64,000 nucleotides of DNA from Lepidodermella squamata (lineage: Eukaryota; Animalia; Gastrotricha). Location of the stretch: NCBI GenBank assembly GCA_047495785.1, contig JBLDXI010000001.1:3348001-3412000 (forward strand), written 5' to 3'. The notes below the pieces were generated by a model. It made no database searches. It saw only the letters and a list, made by a program, of their open reading frames with translations, and was not told the origin of the DNA. This document shows positions 26,090 through 38,663 of the stretch, piece by piece. The translations under genes were made by a program, and so were the position numbers. The stretch's first letter is position 1. Each line of letters starts with the position of its first letter.

Positions 26090-26807
26090 TTAGTCGCGCG
26101 ATGCTTTGAGCTGCTTTTTCCGTTGACCGAACATGTGCAAATAAAGCTGAGGGAAAACTGAAAAATGGAATTAAAATTAAACCAGCGATGCGTGGCACAA
26201 TGAGCAACTTACTCGGGAAGTACATGGCGATTGCGACAATCAGAAAGTAAGGATAATAGAATGCAAAATTGTACTTGTTGGGCAAGGAAAGGCGGAATAA
26301 AGTAGCCGAAAAGGTGAGCGAATAAAGGATAGACCAAACTTCTCCAGCGACGCCAAGAGGGTAAAGGACGATGAAGAGGGTGTAGCGTAGCCATGTCAAA
26401 ATATATGGAACGCAATCGTACAGCGCAAATGCGTAGTAAGAATACCGGATAACCTCAGTGACGGACCACGCAAACAAGAACATGGGAACCGAGATGTGAG
26501 TCTGAACCTGCTTGACCGAGTAAGCAATACCCCACGTCACCAGAAGGCGAGAAAAGACTTGAAAAGCAGTTAGCACCGGGTTTGATTTGACCAAGCCGAG
26601 AGCAGCATGCAAGATTTCCATGACCGCAGCGGTTTGGAACACGAGCAGATGCCATTCGACGGCTGGGTATAGCTTGCTAAATGGAACAAGGCTGTTGTTC
26701 AAGTAAGCACGATAAGCACACCAGCAGGTCTGAGCCAAAATAATGAACCAGCCATACACAAGAACAACATTGTAGCCAACAAGGTATGCGCGCTTCAAAA
26801 ATCCCAT
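26090..26807 (-). CDS. HACD: Very-long-chain 3-hydroxyacyl-CoA dehydratase (PTPLA/PHS1 family)
   Basis: YLVGYN, FQTAAVMEILH, QVFSR, AWSVTEVIRYSYY, WLRYTLFIVLYPLGVAGE. Intron 26212-26158, last exon IFPQLYLHMFGQRKKQLKASRD*. Confidence 0.93.
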
Positions 26808-27434
26808 GCTTGGTCAGCTGCTGATAAAAATGTCACTATTGATCGTTAAAAAAAGATCAAGCACTCAATGAAATAGAAAGTAGGTAAAAAATTAGGGACA
26901 AATCAACGCCACAAGTCGAGGTTCAAGCTCCATGCCAGGTGTGCCCAGAAAATGAGGTGGGATCGTGGACGCAACGACGATTCAACGACGATTAGCCTTT
27001 AAATAAAGTAGGATGAAGTATAGGAGAATAAGTTAGATAACACTTTCAACATCTCGAATTAACTCAACATCTGAGTCACTGCACCGGCTGGATGGGAAAT
27101 TTATGCGGAAAATTGGATACAGAAGTGAAACCGCAGGTAGCAAGACGCCGGAGAGCACTTCCCACGAGCGCCGATCAGAAGGAAACGACAAAAAAGCCGC
27201 CGAAAAATGAAGCGCCAACTGCAACCTAATTAAGCCATTTTCTCTTGAACTTATTTTCAGTTTATTCAACTTAATTGTATTTAAAACATTAATTGACTGG
27301 ATTCTAAATTTTTAGAAATGACTTATTTTAGCGTTGTTGGCTACGCGCGTTGGCTAAACGAAAATGCTGTAGAAAGCGTTCGGCGATACAGCAGATTACC
27401 CGTTTCTTAGTCTCAAGCTGTTTGCTGCTGAGCA

Positions 27435-30400
27435 ATGTTTGCGTATCTTAGTAAAAAGGTAAAATTCCATTATTGGAAGTAACTCGTGTAATTTGAGAGT
27501 CCCTTGCAGATCTCCGTCCCGAACAATGCCAACGTGTCATCGATCTGTTGGGATCAGACAGACGGTTACATTGCTTGCGGCTGCGAAGGGAACTTGTTGA
27601 AAGTTCTCAAACTCGAATCATCATCGGGTGAGTTCAGAATGTGTGTATTAAAGAAATGTTTCAATTCTCTGTTTTATTGCCCTTCGCAGGCAATGAGCCG
27701 AGGTTGCGTGGATTGGCGGCTCCATCTAATCTCTCGACTAACCAGACGCTCGAGGGTCACACTGGTAGGTTACGCTGCTTAGAATATTAATTTTTCCTGA
27801 AAATATTAATGTGGCTAACAGGCGCAATCAGGGTTGTGGTATGGAATGAACGCAGTAAGAAGCTCACCTCGAGTGATGATAATGGCCTCATCATAGTTTG
27901 GATGGTGTACAAGGGTAAGCCTACTAATTACTGAGCTGGTATTGTCAATTAGTTTCATCATAATTCTAGGAAATCTCTATGAGGAGATGATAAATAATCG
28001 CACCAAGTCAATGGTTCGAGATATGCGGTGGAATTACAGCGGTGAAAAGATATGCATCTCTTACGAAGATGGTATGTCTCTTATTGATAGTCAAAACTTT
28101 GTCGAAGGAGAATTTTTTTAAGGAACTGTAATTGTCGGCTCTGTTGATGGCAATCGTATTTGGGGGAAGGACCTTGGAATGCGTCTACACCAATGCGAGT
28201 GGTCGCCGAACGGTCGATTGATTTTGTTTGGAAATTCGGAGGGCGAGGTGTTCGTGTACGACAATCAGGGAAACAAAGTTGCCAAGATAGAATTCGACCA
28301 AACTCCAGGAGAATTAGCTGCAGTTCATTGGTTTAATGGACGCTCAACAGATCCTGCCGCCGCCGTTCTCGCAATAGTATTTAAAACTGGTGACATATAC
28401 TTGCTGAAAAATGAATCAGACTCAAGTAAGTCATGCGATATGGAGCTTCTTAAACGATAACTGTAATGTTTATTATTAGCATACATGGCCGTCGAGTCTG
28501 GTGTCAAAGCTACTTGTGCTCGCTGGAGCCCTGACGGAAAAATACTCGCCGTGACTGGTCAACAGTCCGTTCGAGACACGGAGCGTGATCGAGATAGAGA
28601 TATCAACGTTGTGAATTTTTACACAAACACCGGGGTCTATCTACGTAGTGTAAAACTACCCGGACGAGCCGTTACGGCTTGCTCATGGGAAGCGACTGGT
28701 CTCCGTCTAGCTCTTGCAATCGATTCCTACATTTACTTCGCCAATATTCGGCCAGAATACAAAGTAATTTTGAGTTTTCGATAATCAAATAAATGAATTC
28801 ATTCGGGAAATTTCAGTGGGCTTACTGTACCAATACTTTGGCCTATGCTTTCAACAAAGCCAATACTGAGGAGCAATTTGTAATGTTCTGGAATATTCGA
28901 AAAAATCTGGTAAGATATTGCAATAAATATAATAGTTATGGAATAATTAGTATACAAAATTTAGCGTCAAATACGACCGGTACGTCAACTGTACCGAATG
29001 ACTGGCGGAGGCGATTTCTGCTGCTTGGCTTGCCGATCTGACGATCCATCAAGCCAATACGCTCTCTTTTTGTGCAATGCCCTCGGTATATCTATGGACA
29101 CTCGTTACACCGATCTCGAGCCAGTTTTTCTCACGATGACTCGAAACAACGTTATTTGCGCATCAAAAGAGGCTTTTTACGTCTGGCAGTACTTGGATCC
29201 AAACAGAATCCTTTTACTCGAACGGCAGAAAACGGTTTCGGAGAAACTCTATCACATTGATGAAACGCCTTCGGGTATTGGCAGCGATACTATCGACATG
29301 AACAAAATTTACAAGGTTGGTTAATGTTTCAAGTTGTGAAGGATTTTCTGAAGAGTTATTTCCCTCTAGACCACCGAGGATCCGATTGTTGCTATAGGAG
29401 CCTCTGATACGCTGCTGTTGATTGTAAGTTGGCTTACTCTGACAAATATTTGCCTTATTATCTTGTTTTAGGGCCGTCAAAGTGGTACTGTGAACTGTTA
29501 TTCACTTCCCCAAGTTGCATTGATAGACAAATTTGTCTTGACTGTTCGACCGTACCGATTTTCTCTGAATTCTCAAAGCACGAAAGTCGCGATTCTTGAC
29601 ACTAGCGGCGTTTTGATGTTCTACAATCTTGAAACGAAAACAGTCGAACCTATGGCAGTTCAAATAGATGCTCCAGCGGCAAATAACGCTAATGCTAAAG
29701 GCACAGCAGAGCAGCCTGCTGCAAATGCTACTCAACCGCCGGCATCGAATGAGAAAAAGGACGTTTGGGACATGATGTGGGCTGAAGATAACAACACGAT
29801 GTTCACATGCCTCGAAAAAACTAAATTGTGCGTGTTGCGAGACGAAAAATTCGAAGAACCTGTTCTGACGTCAGGCTACATTTGCTCATTCTCCGAACTT
29901 CAAGTTCGAGTTGCGATGCTGGATGAAATTCTGCGAACACCCGAAGAACCCAACCCAGAATACGTGCTAAATTTAGAGATCAAAATTCTTCGCGACGCTC
30001 GCGAGTTGCTGAAAAAAGGCAGCTTGAACGACGTTCAAAAGTTTGTCGAGTCAAATTCCCATGCCAAACTCTGGAAGCTACTTGCTGATGCGGCTCTGGA
30101 GCAAAATAATTTGAAAATGGCAGAACATGCTTTTGTGAGATGCCGTGATTATGCGGGCATCAAATTCGTCCAACACCTCGAGCGGCTTCAAAATGACCGC
30201 CTTCGAAAGGGCGAGGTCGAAGCTTATTTCGAGCGATTCGATAGCGCTGAGCAAATGTTTCGAGCAGCTGATCGGCTGTAAGCTTACTAGAAAATTTCTT
30301 TTTCAAATTTAAAATGTATTTTTTTACAGCGATTTGGCCGTAGCTTTGCGAAAAAAGCTTGGCGATTGGACGCGAGTTGTTAGCTTGCTGAAGGCTGATT

Positions 30401-32945
30401 CGGGCGGTGGAAATGATCGTGAACTAGAAGCTGCCTGTACAGCTTTGGGCGAATTCCACGCCGAGCGCCAGCAATGGCTTCAAGCCGTAACGTACTTACA
30501 ACAAGCCCACAATTCCGAACGATTAGTCGAGTGCTACTTCATGCTGGAAGACTACGCTAATTTGGAACAGTCAGCAAATGCTCTTCCTAATAGTCACAAG
30601 CTACTACCTGTACGTTTCTACATCAAATCCTTTGAATAACATTTTTGGACGAAATATTTTTCATTTACAGGAGGTCGGCCAAATGTTTCAAGGTGTAGGA
30701 TTGTGCGATCAAGCTGTCAATTGCTATGTTCGGGTGAGTAATTATTTTCTTGATTTTTCTAGCATTTATTGATTTTTTTTATGATTTCTTTAAGGCTGGT
30801 AAAATTAGGGAGGCTGTCGATTGCTGTATCCAGCTTAATTCATGGAGTAAAGCCGTTGATTTAGCCGAGAAACACGGCTTGTCTGACGTTCCGCTGATGC
30901 TGCCTCGTCTAGCTCAACAAATGATTGAACAAAATCGAATTATTTCAGCTACTGAACTTTTCCGACGTGCCGAGCGTTTCCTCGACGCTGCTAAACTGCT
31001 ATTCAAATGCGCAGATCGTCTCGCAGCGAGTAACACAACAAGTCCGATGTTGTTGAAGAAAATTTACGTCCTAGCTGCGTTGTTGGTGGAGCGGCATCAT
31101 GAGCGGATCAAGGACCAACAGAGGGCGGGTAGTGGCCAGGCGAGTCGACCTGGTGGACCGGCTGGTTCGGCTGCGTTGCGGAAGTCGTCGATGATGCCGG
31201 CAACGCTAGGGACTGGGTCGGCCAGGGCTTCGATGACGCGAAGCAGTATGCAATCAGTGAGCGGAAAAACAGTCGATGTAAGCGAAATTTTCATGGAAAC
31301 TTAACGATTTCACGACTTGCCTTAATTTAATCAATTTTTGATTATTAATTTCTTTTGGGCCCTCCTGTTAACGGAACCAAATTTTACAACGTTAATTTGG
31401 CCTGAAACCACTTTTCAGAAATTCGGAAGATGTTATTATAGACCATCGTAATTCTAAATAAATTATTTTCAAATTCAGAATTCAGAATTCTGCACTAGTC
31501 GTTGCGTTCACCTTACAATTCATACGTTGTCCTGAATTCTTAGAATTATTTGAAAACCTAAATTTGGGAAATTTTGAGTTTGGTTCCGCAAAATTCAAAT
31601 TAGATTCCGCTCACCTAAATTTTGTTCCACTAAAAGATTTTCTGATTCCTTTTCGAAATGGGATTCATGCTTAGTGGAAATAGGGGTTATTCCAATTTTA
31701 AAGGGTCTACAATTATTTGCGCTACTAATTCAGAATTTGAGCGTTCTGGCACTACATTTTTTCAATTATATCCGATATTGGCTATTTTACCGATGCTGAT
31801 GCCTCAGATGATCCTGGAACATATACTTTTTATTGAATGCTGGCTTCCCAGGCGATTGGAGACAGTTCGTTCTAATAATAACTATAAAATAATTTTATTA
31901 GAAGGTAGATATTTAGTGCCACACCATTATATACCTTGCATTTTAGGTGGTGTTTTTACTTATACTATTTCCTGATTATAGGGTGACAAGAAACTGGAAA
32001 ACCAATATTTAGGAGAAAACCAGTGCTTGACCCTCAAATTTAGCTGGAACCCTATACATTTAGGATGGCCACTTGGTACACCGATTTATTCAATTTCGAA
32101 AATATTTTTGAATTTTTCAATGTGCTACTTATTTTATCCAATACATTTGTATGATTTCAGCCTACGCTGTCACTTGCTGGTTTATTAGCTGAGGATGCAG
32201 CTGTGGCGGCTTCCGGAGTCGGCGGTGATGCGCGATTAATCGATAACGCTTGGCGAGGCGCTGAAGCGTATCATTTCATGATTTTAGCCCATCGCCACCT
32301 TTATAAAGGCGATTACGATGCGGCCCACCGAACAGCTTTGTTGCTTCGAGACTACGAGGACTTCATTGGATCATTCAGACTGTACAGCCTAGTTGGTAAG
32401 CAGCCCTAAAATCTAGAATTAAATTTACTGGAATTTTCTGTCGAAAATAAAAAAATCAGAATATTTGCTCATTTCAGAATTAAAATTAGAATTTTCGAAT
32501 GAAAAGCAATTTGAAAAAAATTGGCAAGATTTTAATTGATTGGTTGAACATTTTTAATGCCTATATTTTTTTAGCTTTGTGTGCTGCAGCTAGCCGAAAT
32601 TATGGCAGTTGCTCTGCAGCATTTTTGCGGCTCGAGTCTCTCGGCCCCGACCAGCTGCCTACGGCAAATAAGCAACAAATCGAAGAATTAGCCGTTGAAA
32701 TTTTCGTCCGTCGCCCGCCGAAAGACACGCGTGCTACTATGGCAGCGTGCCCGAGCTGCGACGCTCAAATTCCGGACTGGTCAACGAGCTGCCCGAGCTG
32801 TTTCGCGAAATTCCCAGTTTGCGTTGTCTCCGGCCGACCGCTCTACCATTTCCAGTTCTGGGTCTGCGGCACCTGCAAACACCGAGCTTACGAACAAGAA
32901 ATTCGCCGCTGCGTTCATTGCCCGCTTTGCCATACTGCAGTCTAA
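27435..32945 (+). CDS. WDR35: WD repeat protein 35 / IFT121 (IFT-A complex)
   Basis: Start MFAYLSKK|[69 protein letters not shown], and a C-terminal Cys-rich zinc-binding region. Many short GT-AG introns. Confidence 0.96.
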
Positions 32946-33240
32946 TATACGGCAGATTCCAATAGGAATAAAAATTTAAAGACTTGAATTCACTCATATT
33001 CACGTTTGAACCTGCATATACATTCAATAATTGTAACAAATAGCTGATGCTGTTAGCGAGTAAGGGACTAGACAGCAGGCTAAAAAATTGATCTCACTCT
33101 CATTTTTGTGCAGTATGAATTTTTGTGTTGTAACCGTGATAACAATAAACTATTGTAACAACGGAATAGCCCGAGTTTTTTCTCCTCTGAATTTTGAATG
33201 TGTAGAAATTACTGTTCTCTGCAGATCCAATAGGACGGAA

Positions 33241-34505
33241 CTATAGACTTGGGACTAATAGATATGGACTCGAAACTTGCTGATAAACACATGCAAAAAT
33301 GTTCTGACCGACGAGTTGGATGAAAAAGTGTTGAAAAACTGACAAGCTGACGCACGAGTGCAAAAAGTAGCGGATTAAAAATAATGAATGCCTACAAATC
33401 TGCATCCGCCCATTATGAGGCGATTTTCGGTCATGTTCGGAAGTTAAGGAGAGCTTGGTTAATTCATTTAGTAACTTTTTGAGTTATAAATTGAATATTT
33501 GAAAAGCTTGTCTCCTGACGAGTGCATTGATATGAGTCACTAAGGGCGCCCCAAAGGTAACTTTTCAGCTAAAATGGCAATTTCGATAGGCCTCTAATCA
33601 CGAAAAATAAATAACCTTTTCTTCCGCTGTCTTGAGCCATTCCACCATTTCATATATGACTTTTTGGTAGTCTAAGAATTTTAAAATTTCACACTATTAT
33701 GCCCAGGGTAAGAAAACGTTTCGTTTGACCCACGGTTAATAGGGAAATAGGTCAGTAAAAAGACTATTTTCATTTTTCGATATTCGAACGAGACATTTCA
33801 GCGCGTTGATCCCTGAAATAAATCGATTGCAAATTTGCGTCTATATATCAGAGTTTGACCGATTTGCAATGAAAATTAGGAGGAGAATTACGTTTTGGGA
33901 AGGGCAATCATAGAAAATGAGTGGGAACAGTAACCGGCCCTGGAAACCTTCCAAATATGAAATGTCCACTGCCCATGATCATAGGTCGCACAATCGAAAG
34001 ATGGTTGATAAATTCGCAGGCCTTGCCTGGCTGGCCTCAACGGCAAGCTTTCGAAGGATCCCTACTACCTTGCCAAAAAATCGAAATCCGAGCGGGAATC
34101 GAAATGCAACGCTGTTTGGTTCTTTCTAAACTCAATTTTGCGTGAGATTGGCTTAATGAGCGCACTGAATTTTCAAGTTGAATTTTCAAGTTGTAAAATA
34201 AAAGACTGAAATTTCGGATTTTCTTAAATATTTTTATATCATTGCACGCATCTTGAGTTGCTCTTTCCAAATATGTACACCATTTTTATTTCCGATTATT
34301 TTCCGTTTGGCTATAATGGCCTTAACGAGTAGCACTAGGCATTTTTAGCTCTATAATGGGCAGATGCGGCTTTAACGCATCAAACTTAATGTTTGCGACC
34401 ACTTTTTGCCTCAAACACATGGCGCACGCGAAACGGATTATTTTCATTCCTCAGAACCTTTTTCACTGAGTTTCGAGTCCATCTCTATTAGTCCCAAGAC
34501 TATAG
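33241..34505. mobile_element. Non-autonomous DNA transposon (about 1.27 kb) with 37-bp TIRs
   Basis: CTATAGACTTGGGACTAATAGATATGGACTCGAAACT (33241-33277) matches the reverse complement of 34469-34505 with 2 mismatches. A second internal inverted pair lies near 33400 and 34353. No transposase ORF. Confidence 0.85.
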
Positions 34506-34751
34506 AGAGCTACGAATGACTAATCCCTAACACGAAAATGGTTCGAACATAAGCTGATTAATTCGCTAAACAAGAGCATTGCGAAACGGAAAAGGTCAAG
34601 TTCGTGCATTCAGAATCTTCAAAAATCTAGAATTATGAATGTGTTGAGTAATACTATGGTATTTGGCTACTACTTGGCCTTGAATAGGACTTACTTTAAC
34701 GGCGGATGACTTGGGACGATATCTGTTATTCAGCCTTTGCTCTAAAATTGG

Positions 34752-34784
34752 GCAACAGGTATGCAACAGGTATGCAACAGGTAT
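34752..34784. repeat. 11-bp tandem repeat (GCAACAGGTAT)x3
   Basis: Read directly from the sequence. Confidence 0.9.
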
Positions 34785-35322
34785 TAGAAGTGGCTTCTAA
34801 TTTTTCTACAAATTTCGAGAATTTTGTTTATAATTTATGGAAACGCGCTTGACTAACTTAGGAAAATTAGCCGGTAATTTTTTGCACCCTTTTGGATATG
34901 CAGCTACCTGGTAATTCCAATTTCTCACTTCAAATTTGTGTGAAATTGGGAAAAAAATAATTTTAAAAGATTTTTTAAATTTTTATAAAAGAGCAAGATC
35001 TGTTTTTTAAAGACCAATAAAACTGACGCTTTTTCTGCTCGCATATTCCCATACTAAAATTACAGTATTTTTACCAGATTTCTGTCTTTTCTTTGATTCA
35101 GAGAGGGTAAAGGTAAAAGAATACCCATGCGTATACCACACCACCTGTTGATCGCCTGACTCTTTGCATTAGCGTCCCAAAAATGATAAAATGCTAGGAA
35201 ATTGTTATTTCACAGGCTGGTGACACCTGTGTTTGCTGAGGCGCCAGATTGTTACTAAAAATAGAGATCGTTAAATTGGATAAAATTTATCGTTACTGAA
35301 ATTTTGAGCTCGATGCAGATAA

Positions 35323-35412
35323 ATAAGTAATTTAGATGGGGTCATAAAACCGATAAGTAATTTAGATGGGGTCATTAAACCGATAAGTAATTTAGTCATA
35401 AAACCGATAAGT
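35323..35412. repeat. About 30-bp tandem repeat (ATAAGTAATTTAGATGGGGTCATAAAACCG), about 3 copies
   Basis: Read directly; the third copy has an internal deletion and there are no spacers. Confidence 0.85.
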
Positions 35413-35447
35413 TGTAAATTTTATTATAGTTCGAAAATTTCACACTG

Positions 35448-36085
35448 ATTTGAGGGCCGTAAGGCCCAAATTGACAGGCGAGGTGAAACCGAGCTCTTTT
35501 CCGAGGCGTAGCCGAGGATTTTAAATACACGTCCGAGGCTAAGCCGAGGTTCTGCTGTTTTAGCTTTCGTTAAGTTTTAATTTTTTATTCTTCATTTGGA
35601 ATTTTGGAGTCTTATTTTGAACGATTATTTTGAATTTTCTCTTGCCTATTTTTGGTTTTCCGGGAAAGCGTAGCGAGCACCATTTGCTTGACTACATTGA
35701 AATTGATGTTGCATCGACAAACAAATTTTGCAAAATGAAATGAAGAAACAAATGAGCTTCAAGATTCACGAGCAGCATCAGGTGTTGTTTTTCAACCTGA
35801 TGTTACCCTACAAACATAATTGTGGCCTCATTTGTTGGTAAATATTGCAACTCCACCTGATTCTCAGCAAAAATTTTTAAATCGTCAAGCGATCAACATC
35901 TGGTGTTGTATACGAATTGTTATGCATCCTCGCTCTCCGCAATAGCCGCTCGTGCCCCGACTCGGCTGGCGCCTCGTCTTTTTGGGACTCGGCTGGCGCC
36001 TCGTCAGAATTTTATTGACTCGGCTGACGCCTCGTCAGATAAAATTCAGCACGAGCGGCTATCGCCGAGAGCTTGTATGATAACA
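35448..36085. mobile_element. Putative non-autonomous element with arrays of GC-rich mini-hairpins at both ends
   Basis: Left: GGGCCGTAAGGCCC, CGAGGTGAAACCGAG, CCGAGGCGTAGCCGAGG, CCGAGGCTAAGCCGAGG. Right: CTCGGCTGGCGCCTCG twice and CTCGGCTGACGCCTCG, roughly reverse complements of the left motifs. Confidence 0.55.
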
Positions 36086-36094
36086 TACTCTTAT

Positions 36095-37260
36095 TTGCAT
36101 TAAAAACTATTCTATTATTACAAATAGCCCTACAACCTACAACGACATCATTGTTCAACGGCTATAAACTTCCTAATAATCTGGGTTTTTGAGCGTTTTC
36201 GTTCATATTGCCTTCGATATTTCAGAAAAATCTGCAAGTTTGAAGAGTCAGCCAAGTCATGAGACATGATAAATTCCTAGCATCGCAAAAAGTCAATATA
36301 TCGATTTCACACTGCTCATAACAGAGCCCACGGTTCATTCAGTTCCGCTTACTTTTATTTCCTACCACGGAAATGAATGGTAGGGAGGTACGAGATTGCA
36401 AACATCAAGTTTATAAATTTGAATCATTCGTTAAATTTTCAACTCCGCGTCCACCTGAGCTCCGAAAATTCGGCGTTAGTTCCAGCTCAATCATGCAATC
36501 AACAACCTGCCAGATTTTTGCGGCACTCGTTTTCGCGGTGAGCATTGGAGTAGTGGCATCTGACGTCTGCTTCTATAATTCGGCATTTGACAACGCTGGT
36601 CTCACATGCAAATCAGAGAATCCGATTTTCAGCTCCAAGAGGAAAATAGAATGCAACTGGACGGCTGACGCAGTTGAAAATCCGGCTGTCTTTTACACGA
36701 TCTCAATCACGCATCAGGCGTGTAAGGAACAAACACCCTGCGGACGAAATTGCAGGAAATGCTCACTGTTTGCAAACGCTTACGATGTCGCCAATGAAAC
36801 TGTGTTTGGAAGCCACTACAAGTACGATGGATCATCAGAGTTATACATAGTTAGCATTTGAATGAAGTAGAAAGGGATTTAATTAATCTTCATTTTTCAG
36901 GTTACAGTAACTCGTATCTGCGGGAATATCACGCAAGTGATAACATCACAAGTGGATGCAGGCCTGACCTTAGTTGAAGGAGGCATATTATTCATTTTCT
37001 TATCCCTGCTGACTTGCTGTACGAAGGTAATATGCTGCTGCAGAACAAGAAAGCCGTTTCCAATGGCTCCATTCGGGCAGCAGCAGATGTATTACGGCGT
37101 TTTCAACCCAACTCCGCAGCAGTACATACCTCTGAGATGACCAGGTTTATCTCGGACTTGCTGCGGAAACTGGTCCTGCTGCTGAGGAAACGGAGAAAAA
37201 ATGAATTTCAAGTGAACTACCTCTCTGAAACCCATCGGTTCGTTGGGCTGTACCAAACAC
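36095..37260 (+). repeat. Segmental duplication unit (upstream region, gene, 3' UTR), homologous to about 47350-48520
   Basis: Alignment starts at ttgcattaaaaactattc / ttgtattaaaaactattc and runs through about 400 nt of upstream DNA, both exons and the 3' UTR (gaatttcaagtgaactacctctctg). Confidence 0.9.
36493..37140 (+). CDS. Unrecognised type I membrane protein, paralog 1 (198 aa)
   Basis: Exons 36493-36849 and 36901-37140 (phase 0). Signal peptide, 8-Cys ectodomain, one TM, CCTKVICCC, tail PFGQQQMYYGVFNPTPQQYIPLR*. Confidence 0.85.
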
Positions 37261-37311
37261 CTTATCCCAGTGATCATTTTTTGTTCTGATTTAATCTTGA
37301 TACACTCTGTC

Positions 37312-37645
37312 GTCGCGTTGCGTTTGAAAGGGGCCGTTGTAGTTTTATTATTGCTGCAATAAGCTACAAAAAACTAATATGGCCCAAAATTTATATCGTT
37401 ATGCTCCTCTCGAATTGACCAGTCCAATGATGCAGGTTGTATAAACACTATTACTTTCTCAGCCATTCAAAACCGGAATTGATCATAATCGTGTTCCATT
37501 TATATTATCGCCACCAATCTACAGTATTTCCATTATTGCTATTCTCACCAACAGCAGCGCCCAATGGGAATCAGTTAATAAATTGCCGCCTTTTATTGAT
37601 CTGATGGCTCCTGCTCAGCAGACCGTTGTCAAGTGATATAAGGGT
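37312..37645 (+). repeat. Diverged inverted repeat, partner of about 46524-46857
   Basis: Shared blocks gttgcgtttgaaaggggccg, ctcctctcgaa, atgatgcaggttgta, cgcccaatggga, aattgccg in opposite orientation. Confidence 0.8.
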
Positions 37646-38663
37646 GTATGACTTTTACATAAGACTTGCAGTCATTGGAATTACTAAAATTGCGCATTTA
37701 GAATTTACAGGTTTCAGCGCCAAAAAGTTGCGCTCAGTGTGCGACTTTCAAGGGGGGGATGGGGGGATCATCCCCCCCCCCCCCCCCCCCCCAGCTCGGC
37801 GGGGCCAAACAACAAAATGAGAATTTATCCTACTGTTTTGTTAATTTTGGAAGGTTCTGGGACGTGTTTTAGTGGAAATTTTCCATAATTTTCCCGCTTC
37901 GCTCGGTTATAAGCCGAAATGACTCGTCATTTTGGCAAATACAGCAAACAAGTTTTTTCCATCCCTGGGAGCTCGGGGATCGAAGATCGCACCCTGGTTG
38001 CGCTTTTCAGTTCCCAATTTTATCCATATATTCAAGTGAAAAGTCTACCGTCGTTTGGGGTGAAATGGGCATGAAGCCAATAATTCACGATTTTTCAAAA
38101 TTTCAAAATGCCTAATATATCAATCAAATATATTATCAGCTATAGTGATCAGGGCCCCTCTTATCGCTTCATGAGAATTTGAAATTAATTTCTAGCATTA
38201 ATTGGCAGCTAAGCCAAATAAAAAGATCCATTTCCTGCTCGAGAAAAAGTATTTTTATTAAAATATTTTTCTTATTTGATTACAATTTCGGCTTCGACTT
38301 CTTTGATGAGAATGCTCAGTTAAATTTATTATTTTTGGGTCTGAGGTTCCAAGCTGCAGAAATTAAGGTGGATAACCCGCGGACAAAGTCAATTATTTCC
38401 GGCCGAACATCGTGGAATGTTCGGGAAGGCTTAGTCCTGACACTACCCTCCCTCGAAGCCGACGGCTTCCAGACGTCGCTGCTCGATTCCTATTTCCTTG
38501 GGGAGCATGGGCGGCGGTCCTCCAGGCTCGAGATCGATTGGACGCTCGTATGACCAATGTTGTGGCATAGCTAGAGCCAGGTGACTTCGAGATCTGATGT
38601 TGCAACGAGTCCTGCTGCACTCAAATTCAAACATGCTGGACCTCTGAACATTGGGGGTTATAG

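Noticed and set aside
26830-27420. Possible small gene between HACD and WDR35
   Set aside because: Only short ORFs without supported structure; more simply a shared promoter and leader region.
31658-31975. 105-aa ORF inside a WDR35 intron
   Set aside because: AT-rich, intron-like composition, no motif.
35323-35412. 30-bp repeats resembling a CRISPR array
   Set aside because: Head-to-tail with no unique spacers, no cas genes, eukaryotic context.
37138-37289. Stop read-through or frameshifted C-terminal extension of receptor paralog 1
   Set aside because: Downstream frames are not conserved in paralog 2, which has indels and early stops.
37736-37805. G/C-run motif as the left end of a large hAT-like element spanning the island
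   Set aside because: No convincing matching right TIR or target-site duplication found.
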